Below are positions 56,201 to 64,000 of a stretch of 64,000 nt of DNA, piece after piece. The notes under the pieces are model-generated. The model made no database searches. It had not been told where the DNA came from and worked only from the letters and a program-made list of their open reading frames with translations. Source of the stretch: Antedon mediterranea (taxonomy: Eukaryota; Animalia; Echinodermata); NCBI RefSeq assembly GCF_964355755.1, contig NC_092676.1:3139888-3203887 (forward strand). The letters are read 5' to 3'. Position numbers and translations under genes: made by a program. Position 1 is the stretch's first letter. Every line of letters starts with the position of its first letter.

Positions 56201-56886
56201 TTTAGCATATAATGAGTTAGATGTTTGGGAAATATTCTGCAACAGTAACAATAATGATAAAATGTTATATATTCTGGGAACTACAATAATACTTTAATGT
56301 GTTTTGACAAATTTAGGGAAAACGAAATGATCTTAAAACTGTACAGCTCGCAGAGAACATTGGTGCTGCATTTTTCAGTTGTTGCTCCCCCAACATTGGA
56401 ACCTTTTTCAAGCTTATTCGCGAATCGTTTCGGTTTGACGTTTGACGCGCGTGTAAAATGCTCAGTGGGAACCGGTCTTAAGTGTGTGGATACATCGAAA
56501 GATGAACAAAATAGTGCAAAATATTAGTTCTTGAACAAATGGAAAAAACTCTCGCAATTTTACTATTTGTTCATTAAAAGGTAAACTATTGACAACATTA
56601 ACTAAAGAATTTGATCACAGTACCGTATATAAAAAATCTAAAATGTATAGTTCGAAAAAATATTTTCATTTCATTTCAATAAAACATTATAGAACAATGT
56701 TGTAAAATAAGGATTAGCCACAAATTCTGAAAAGGTCATCAAATATTATAATGCCTTACAATATTATAATATCTATTAAAAATGATAAATATTAAGAGAA
56801 GTAATCATACCGGAATTTGAACCAACATCAGCACAACTAGAAAACGATAACTCCACCAATATTATTACCACTTTAAAGACAAACAT
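31273..56886 (-). CDS. Multi-exon LRR-containing GPCR (LGR type C / GRL101 / RXFP-like 7TM): signal peptide + LRRNT + 17 LRR exons + hinge/7TM, ~829 aa
   Basis: Manually spliced model with GT-AG boundaries and consistent phases. Exons: 56811-56886, 54810-54960, 53185-53256, 52208-52279, 51382-51453, 50781-50852, 50180-50251, 49574-49645, 48663-48734, 46464-46541, 45965-46036, 44672-44743, 43800-43871, 42781-42852, 36937-37014, 35655-35726, 34900-34971, 33452-33526, 32846-32917, 31273-32296. Sum is 2490 nt = 830 codons with no internal stop. Confidence 0.85.
32846..32917 (-). CDS. LRR exon KLKGNKIQVYRDRTFQQLISLNEL
   Basis: 72 bp, AG/GTAAGT boundaries, phase 2-2, LxxNxI motif. Confidence 0.9.
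33452..33526 (-). CDS. LRR exon NLDNNAITTIDPEAFSSFASSLLIL
   Basis: 75 bp, CAG/GTAAGT, phase 2-2. Confidence 0.9.
34900..34971 (-). CDS. LRR exon RLENNQINKLPANAFNGLTALTEL
   Basis: 72 bp, TAG/GTGAGT, phase 2-2. Confidence 0.92.
35655..35726 (-). CDS. LRR exon WLRDFKISTLPANAFFGLTALTLL
   Basis: 72 bp, AAG/GTGAGT; identical copy at 45965-46036. Confidence 0.8.
35763..36475. mobile_element. IS3EU-like non-autonomous DNA transposon
   Basis: TIR TACGGTGGCTGATTTCCGCCAAAGAAA, 6-bp TSD AGTAGC; empty site in the duplicated block at ~46065-46075. Confidence 0.75.
36937..37014 (-). CDS. LRR exon PYWVETNQISTLEAYAFNGLTSLPQL
   Basis: 78 bp, TAG/GTGAGT, in frame; paralogous exon at 46464-46541. Confidence 0.78.
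38145..41100. mobile_element. Foldback-type DNA element with long inverted arms built of ~350-bp subrepeats
   Basis: Termini GGCTAGTCAATCTAGC / GCTAGATTGACTAGCC flanked by TA; arms are reverse-complementary; absent from the duplicated block at ~47590-47610. Confidence 0.75.
42124..42737 (-). mobile_element. 5'-truncated CR1/L2-group LINE 3' end
   Basis: ORF2 C-terminal remnant (HTYNIRN..GPTYWNNL..SFRKHIK), (TTGAA)n tail, AACC flanks; empty site at ~48615-48625. Confidence 0.75.
42781..42852 (-). CDS. Variable LRR cassette exon DLYRNQISTLQANAFAGLTALETL
   Basis: 72 bp, AAG/GTAAGT, phase 2-2. Confidence 0.9.
43800..43871 (-). CDS. Variable LRR cassette exon YLDYNQISTLQANAFAGLTALKTL
   Basis: 72 bp, AAG/GTAAGT, phase 2-2. 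Confidence 0.9.
44672..44743 (-). CDS. Variable LRR cassette exon YLSGNQISTLQANAFAGLTALKTL
   Basis: 72 bp, AAG/GTAAGT, phase 2-2. Confidence 0.9.
45965..46036 (-). CDS. LRR exon WLRDFKISTLPANAFFGLTALTLL (duplicate)
   Basis: 72 bp, identical to 35655-35726. Confidence 0.8.
46464..46541 (-). CDS. LRR exon AGRVETNQIRTLEANAFNGLTSLPEL
   Basis: 78 bp, TAG/GTGAGT, in frame. Confidence 0.78.
48663..48734 (-). CDS. Variable LRR cassette exon DLYWNQISTLQANAFAGLTALETL
   Basis: 72 bp, AAG/GTAAGT. Confidence 0.9.
49574..49645 (-). CDS. Variable LRR cassette exon GLYDNQISTLQANAFAGLTALETL
   Basis: 72 bp, AAG/GTAAGT. Confidence 0.9.
50180..50251 (-). CDS. Variable LRR cassette exon DLGSNQISTLPANAFAGLTALETL (copy 1 of 3)
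   Basis: 72 bp, AAG/GTAAGT, inside the 601-bp tandem unit. Confidence 0.9.
50781..50852 (-). CDS. Variable LRR cassette exon DLGSNQISTLPANAFAGLTALETL (copy 2 of 3)
   Basis: 72 bp, exactly 601 bp from the previous copy. Confidence 0.88.
51382..51453 (-). CDS. Variable LRR cassette exon DLGSNQISTLPANAFAGLTALETL (copy 3 of 3)
   Basis: 72 bp, exactly 601 bp from the previous copy. Confidence 0.88.
52208..52279 (-). CDS. Variable LRR cassette exon YLYRNQISTLQANAFAGLTALETL
   Basis: 72 bp, AAG/GTAAGT. Confidence 0.9.
53185..53256 (-). CDS. Variable LRR cassette exon SLSRNQISTLQANAFAGLTALETL
   Basis: 72 bp, AAG/GTAAGT. Confidence 0.9.
54810..54960 (-). CDS. LRRNT cap exon GPIVGCPASCTCNVPTCSWDDCYNNTRCNPWNANIHTELVKYNVYDPITTL
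   Basis: 151 bp, TAG/GTAAGT, phase 1-2; CPxxCxC LRRNT motif; ends in phase with the LRR exons. Confidence 0.88.
56811..56886 (-). CDS. First coding exon, putative signal peptide MFVFKVVIILVELSFSSCADVGSNS
   Basis: ATG + hydrophobic stretch + small residues; GTATGA donor in phase 1 matches the LRRNT exon. An in-frame upstream ATG exists at 56958. Confidence 0.7.
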
Positions 56887-57156
56887 CTTTTTATGCAATT
56901 CAGTACCGTGATGTGCGTAGTAAACTTTATCTCCGAAAGTCATCTCAACGTTTGACATAATATTGTTTCTTTTAGTATTGTTGCAAAAGAGTTTTAAATA
57001 ATTAATATAAATCAGTTCACCAGCTGTATTACTTTGCTTAGTGGTTGATATTAATATTTAATTGTTTTGTTCGAATAAGTAATTACATAGATTGAAGATA
57101 AACAGTAATGAATGTGAATTTACTATGTGTACTGTTATTATGAATACAATGTGACT

Positions 57157-60100
57157 ATAACAGGAGTATTAGTTAGACACTGGTAGTGTACTAACCCTTA
57201 TTTACTTATGTATATAACAGGAGTATTAGTTAGACACTGGTAGTGTACTAACCCTTATTTACTTATGTATATAACAGGAGTATTAGTTAGACACTGGTAG
57301 TGTACTAACCCTTATTTACTTATGTATATATCAGGAGTATTAGTTAGACACTGGTAGTGTACTAACCCTTATTTACTTATGTATATAACAGGAGTATTAG
57401 TTAGACACTGGTAGTGTACTAACCCTTATTTACTTATGTATATATCAGGAGTATTAGTTAGACACTGGTAGTGTACTAACCCTTATTTACTTATGTATAT
57501 AACAGGAGTATTAGTTAGACACTGGTAGTGTACTAACCCTTATTTACTTATGTATATAACAGGAGTATTAGTTAGACACTGGTAGTGTACTAACCCTTAT
57601 TTACTTATGTATATAACAGGAGTATTAGTTAGACACTGGCAGTGTACTAACCCTTATTTACTTATGTATATAACAGGAGTATTAGTTAGACACTGGTAGT
57701 GTACTAACCCTTATTTACTTATGTATATAACAGGAGTATTAGTTAGACACTGGTAGTGTACTAACCCTTATTTACTTATGTATATATCAGGAGTATTAGT
57801 TAGACACTGGTAGTGTACTAACCCTTATTTACTTATGTATATATCAGGAGTATTAGTTAGACACTGGTAGTGTACTAACCCTTATTTACTTATGTATATA
57901 ACAGGAGTATTAGTTAGACACTGGTAGTGTACTAACCCTTATTTACTTATGTATATAACAGGAGTATTAGTTAGACACTGGTAGTGTACTAACCCTTATT
58001 TACTTATGTATATAACAGGAGTATTAGTTAGACACTGGTAGTGTACTAACCCTTATTAACTTATGTATATAACAGGAGTATTAGTTAGACACTAGTAGTG
58101 TACTAACCCTTATTTACTTATGTATATAACAGGAGTATTAGTTAGACACTGGTAGTGTACTAATCCTTATTTACTTATGTATATATCAGTAGTATTAGTT
58201 AGACACTGGTAGTGTACTAACCCTTATTTACTTATGTATATAACAGGAGTATTAGTTAGACACTGGTAGTGTACTAACCCTTATTTACTTATGTATATAA
58301 CAGGAGTATTAGTTAGACACTGGTAGTGTACTAACCCTTATTTACTTATGTATATAACAGGAGTATTAGTTAGACACTGGTAGTGTACTAACCCTTATTT
58401 ACTTATGTATATAACAGGAGTATTAGTTAGACACTGGTAGTGTACTAACCCTTATTTACTTATGTATATAACAGGAGTATTAGTTAGACACTGGTAGTGT
58501 ACTAACCCTTATTTACTTATGTATATAACAGGAGTATTAGTTAGACACTGGTAGTGTACTAATCCTTATTTACTTATGTATATATCAGTAGTATTAGTTA
58601 GACACTGGTAGTGTACTAACCCTTATTTACTTATGTATATAACAGGAGTATTAGTTAGACACTGGTAGTGTACTAACCCTTATTTACTTATGTATATAAC
58701 AGGAGTATTAGTTAGACACTGGTAGTGTACTAACCCTTATTTACTTATGTATATAACAGGAGTATTAGTTAGACACTGGTAGTGTACTAACCCTTATTTA
58801 CTTATGTATATAACAGGAGTATTAGTTAGACACTGGTAGTGTACTAACCCTTATTTACTTATGTATATAACAGGAGTATTAGTTAGACACTGGTAGTGTA
58901 CTAACCCTTATTTACTTATGTATATAACAGGAGTATTAGTTAGACACTGGTAGTGTACTAACCCTTATTTACTTATGTATATAACAGGAGTATTAGTTAG
59001 ACACTGGTAGTGTACTAACCCTTATTTACTTATGTATATATCAGGACTATTAGTTAGACACTGGTAGTGTACTAACCCTTATTTACTTATGTATATATCA
59101 GGAGTATTAGTTAGACACTGGTAGTGTACTAACCCTTATTTACTTATGTATATATCAGGAGTATTAGTTAGACACTGGTAGTGTACTAACCCTTATTTAC
59201 TTATGTATATAACAGGAGTATTAGTTAGACACTGGTAGTGTACTAACCCTTATTTACTTATGTATATAACAGGAGTATTAGTTAGACACTGGTAGTGTAC
59301 TAACCCTTATTTACTTATGTATATAACAGGAGTATTAGTTAGACACTGGTAGTGTACTAACCCTTATTTACTTATGTATATATCAGGAGTATTAGTTAGA
59401 CACTGGTAGTGTACTAACCCTTATTTACTTATGTATATAACAGGAGTATTAGTTAGACACTGGTAGTGTACTAACCCTTATTTACTTATGTATATAACAG
59501 GAGTATTAGTTAGACACTGGTAGTGTACTAACCCTTATTTACTTATGTATATAACAGGAGTATTAGTTAGACACTGGTAGTGTACTAACCCTTATTTACT
59601 TATGTATATAACAGGAGTATTAGTTAGACACTGGTAGTGTACTAACCCTTATTTACTTATGTATATAACAGGAGTATTAGTTAGACACTGGTAGTGTACT
59701 AACCCTTATTTACTTATGTATATAACAGGAGTATTAGTTAGACACTGGTAGTGTACTAACCCTTATTTACTTATGTATATAACAGGAGTATTAGTTAGAC
59801 ACTGGTAGTGTACTAACCCTTATTTACTTATGTATATATCAGGACTATTAGTTAGACACTGGTAGTGTACTAACCCTTATTTACTTATGTATATATCAGG
59901 AGTATTAGTTAGACACTGGTAGTGTACTAACCCTTATTTACTTATGTATATATCAGGAGTATTAGTTAGACACTGGTAGTGTACTAACCCTTATTTACTT
60001 ATGTATATAACAGGAGTATTAGTTAGACACTGGTAGTGTACTAACCCTTATTTACTTATGTATATAACAGGAGTATTAGTTAGACACTGGTAGTGTACTA

Positions 60101-60916
60101 ACCCTTATTTACTTATGTATATAACAGGAGTATTAGTTAGACACTGGTAGTGTACTAACCCTTATTTACTTATGTATATATCAGGAGTATTAGTTAGACA
60201 CTGGTAGTGTACTAACCCTTATTTACTTATGTATATAACAGGACTATTAGTTAGACACTGGTAGTGTACTAACCCTTATTTACTTATGTATATATCAGGA
60301 GTATTAGTTAGACACTGGTAGTGTACTAACCCTTATTTACTTATGTATATATCAGGAGTATTAGTTAGACACTGGTAGTGTACTAACCCTTATTTACTTA
60401 TGTATATAACAGGAGTATTAGTTAGACACTGGTAGTGTACTAACCCTTATTTACTTATGTATATAACAGGAGTATTAGTTAGACACTGGTAGTGTACTAA
60501 CCCTTATTTACTTATGTATATAACAGGAGTATTAGTTAGACACTGGTAGTGTACTAACCCTTATTTACTTATGTATATAACAGGAGTATTAGTTAGACAC
60601 TGGTAGTGTACTAACCCTTATTTACTTATGTATATAACAGGAGTATTAGTTAGACACTGGTAGTGTACTAACCCTTATTTACTTATGTATATAACAGGAG
60701 TATTAGTTAGACACTGGTAGTGTACTAACCCTTATTTACTTATGTATATAACAGGAGTATTAGTTAGACACTGGTAGTGTACTAACCCTTATTTACTTAT
60801 GTATATAACAGGAGTATTAGTTAGACACTGGTAGTGTACTAACCCTTATTTACTTATGTATATAACAGGAGTAATAGTTAGACACTGGTAGTGTACTAAC
60901 CCTTATTTACTTATGT
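57157..60916. repeat. 57-bp minisatellite, ~66 nearly identical copies
   Basis: Same unit as 6752-7094, head-to-tail, no spacers. Confidence 0.97.
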
Positions 60917-61089
60917 ATTTTATGCATATAATATATGTATATACATATATATACATACGCATATTATGTATATGAAGTCAAACCAAAGAGAGAGAAAAAT
61001 ATTTAATTTAGTTTCATACTTAATTAATGGGAAACAAGTTGATGAGCACTAGTCTAGGTTCCAGACGGGATTATACTGAATATTAATAA

Positions 61090-61575
61090 AAAGATACAGA
61101 TACGGATAAGGATACAGATTCATTTATTGTCCAAAAATGGAAATTACAGTGCTCATAAATTATAAATTATCAATTATTAATTATTAATTATCTTGACTTG
61201 CCTAAAATAAATAAATATATAAGGGGGGAATATCTAATAAATGTTTTGTTATAATGCCTTATCCCATCTGGGTAGAACGAGTACTTGTAACGGTCCGTCT
61301 GCGCATTCACCGTCCTCATCCTACCACTTCTAACGATAACGGAGCCGATAATGTCGTTATGAAGAGGATGGTTGGTGTCTTCCAATATAGCATGGAACAC
61401 ATCGGCAAGACGTTCGTTGTAGAAAGAGTCAAGCGTTTGCACAGACGAACCAATTACTTTCCCCGCTCTACCCAGCACCTTTTTAATTCGATCGTTATCA
61501 CCTTTACTGATATTCCCAGCCCAGCCCAAAATACAATAACTCCAAATAGATAACATAACTGATGTAGATATTTTG
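61090..61575 (-). mobile_element. 5'-truncated Rex1/Babar-like LINE 3' end
   Basis: ORF 61188..61556 with YCI..W.GN..RA.KVIG..D..HPLH..SGR.R...T.RY..SF.P..IR..N; short-repeat tail near 61090-61120. Confidence 0.75.
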
Positions 61576-61889
61576 GCACATAAGGCGTTTCATACGTATT
61601 GACTTGAAACTATTTCACACAAACATCTAAAGAGCCAACTGGTGGACTAACATAAAAAAGAAGGACTTGGGGCAAGTCTAGTTACACACTTACTATTTAC
61701 AAAGATCTTATGCCAGACAATAAATTGTACACACCTTTACTTAAATATTGTCATATTATCATATTATTATCATTAGCCGGCCTATAATAACCAGACACAA
61801 AAAAAAAAAGCCTGATTCGGAGTCATCTCATTCATAATGAAAACCACAGTTGTTGTTCAGTGTAATGTAAAAAAGTAATAATTCAATAT

Positions 61890-64000
61890 ATATTGCGTTA
61901 TCATCATCTTATAGAGTCATAGTAACTAGTTATGTCAAACAATAAAAGGGTCGAAATTTGGTAATTTTTCGAAAAAAGGGATTTTTTTTTTAAATGGCCA
62001 AAATACCAACCTTTTAAAATTCAATTATTATGCCATATATGCACATATATTGCGTTATCATCATCATCAGAGTAACTAGATATGTCAAAAAATAAAAATG
62101 GTCAAAATTTGGGCATTTTTCGAAAAAAAAAATCCCTGTACAGGGATTTTTTTTTCAGAAAATGGCAAAATTTCGACCCTTTTATTTTTCGACAAAACTG
62201 TGTAATATGGCTTTATAAGTTGTTGCAAAGCAATATATGCGCACATATAGCCATTTGATCGCATAAATATTGAATTTTAAAAAGTCGATATTTTGGGCAT
62301 TTTACAAAAAAATTCCTGTACTATAGTAAGGGATTTTTTAAAAAAATGGCAAAATTTGGACCTTTTTATTTTTCGACAAAACTGTGTAATATGGCTCTAT
62401 AAGTTGTTGCAAATCAATATATGCGCACATATAGCAATATTATCGCATAATAATTGAATTTTAAAAAGTCGATATTTTGGGCATTTTTAAAAAAAATCCC
62501 TGTACTATAGTAAGGGATTTTTTAAAAAAATGGCAAAATTTCGACCTTTTAATTTTTCGACAAAACTGTGTAATATGGCTCTATAAGTTGTTGCAAATCA
62601 ATATATGCGCACATATAGCAATATTATCACATAATAATTGAATTTTAAAGGTCGATATTTTGGGCCTTTTTCCGAAAAAAATCTCTGTACTATTAGTACA
62701 GGGATTTTTTCCAGAAAATGGCAAAATTTCGACCTTTCTATTTTTCGACAAAACTGTGTAATATGGCTCTATAAGTTGTTGCAAATCAATATATGCGCAC
62801 ATATAGCAATATTATCGCATAATAATTGAATTTTAAAAAGTCGATATTTTGGGCATTTTTAAAAAAAATCCCTGTACTATAGTAAGGGATTTTTTAAAAA
62901 AATGGCAAAATTTCGACCTTTTAATTTTTCGACAAAACTGTGTAATATGGCTCTATAAGTTGTTGCAAATCAATATATGCGCACATATAGCAATATTATC
63001 GCATAATAATTGAATTTTAAAGGTCGATATTTTGGGCCTTTTTCCGAAAAAATCTCTGTACTATTAGTACAGGGATTTTTTCCAGAAAATGGCAAAATTT
63101 CGACCTTTTTATTTTTAGACAAAACTGTGTAATATGGCTTTATAAGTTGTTGCAAAGCAATATATGCGTACAAATAGCGATATCATCGCATAAATATTGA
63201 ATTTTAAAAATTCGATATTTTTGGCATTTTTCAAAAAAATCCCGGTACTATAGTAAGGGATTTTTTACAAAAATGGCAAAATTTCGACCTTTTTATTTTT
63301 CGACAAAACTGTGTAATATGGCTCTATAAGTTGTTGCAAATCAATATATGCGCACATATAGCGATATTATCGCATAATTATTGAATTTTAAAGAGTCGAT
63401 ATTTTGGGAATTTTTCGAAAAAATCCCTGTACTATAGTAAGGGATTTTTTTCAGAAAATGGCAAAATTTCGACCTTTCTATTTTTCGACAAAACTGTGTA
63501 ATATGGCTCTATAAGTTGTTGCAAAGCAATATATGCGCACAAATAGCGATATTATCGCATAAATATTGAATTTTAAAAAGTCGATATTTTGGGCATTATT
63601 CGAAAAAATCCCTGTACTATAGTAAGAGATTTTTTACAAAAATGGCAAAATTTCGACCTTTTTATTTTTCGACAAAACTGTGTAATGGCTCTATAAGTTG
63701 TTGCAAAGCAATATATGCGCACAAATAGCGATATTATCGCATAAATATTGAATTTTAAAAAGTCGATATTGTTGGCATTTTTTGAAAAAATCCCTGTACT
63801 AATAGTAAGGGATTTTTTCAAAATTATGGCTCTATAAGTTGTTGCAAAGCAATATATGCGCACATACAGCAATATTATCGCATAATAATTGAATTTTAAA
63901 AGGTCGATATTTTGGGCCTTTTTCCGAAAAGATCTCTGTACTATTAGTAGGCCTACAGGGATTTTTTCTAGAAAATGGCAAAATTTTGACCTTTTTATTT
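61890..64000. repeat. ~185-bp satellite-like tandem array running off the window; diverged relatives at ~7575-8260
   Basis: Recurring TCGACAAAACTGTGTAATATGGCTCTATAAGTTGTTGCAAA at ~184-188 bp spacing. Confidence 0.9.

Noticed and set aside
57157-60916. CRISPR-like array (hairpin-containing repeat)
   Set aside because: Units are head-to-tail with no unique spacers, there are no cas genes and the context is eukaryotic. The same applies to 2306-5706.

Overview
AT-rich, intron-containing animal genomic DNA, probably a marine invertebrate (the taxon cannot be fixed from the sequence). The main feature is a ~25.6 kb minus-strand gene (56886->31273) for an LGR type-C / GRL101-like rhodopsin-family GPCR, mostly missed by the ORF track. 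It has a signal-peptide exon, a Cys-rich LRRNT exon, 17 single-repeat symmetric phase-2 LRR exons (72/75/78 bp) and one 7TM exon, about 829 aa if all are used. Ten LRR exons are near-identical cassettes whose variation is concentrated in the x-L-x-x-N concave-face codons, with no synonymous differences seen, resembling a VLR-like diversifying recognition receptor. The 5' end of a tandem paralog lies ~53.4 kb away (1-6.5 kb); its LRRNT exon differs only by amino-acid-changing substitutions inside near-identical introns. Between the two copies are a 4-exon SSAT/SAT-family acetyltransferase with one in-frame TAA, an orphan 3' gene fragment ending DPFGSL* (possibly PICALM/AP180-like), an Academ transposon derivative, two tRNA-Val pseudogenes, many MITEs, LINE fragments and several minisatellites. 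All coordinates and counts were read by eye.
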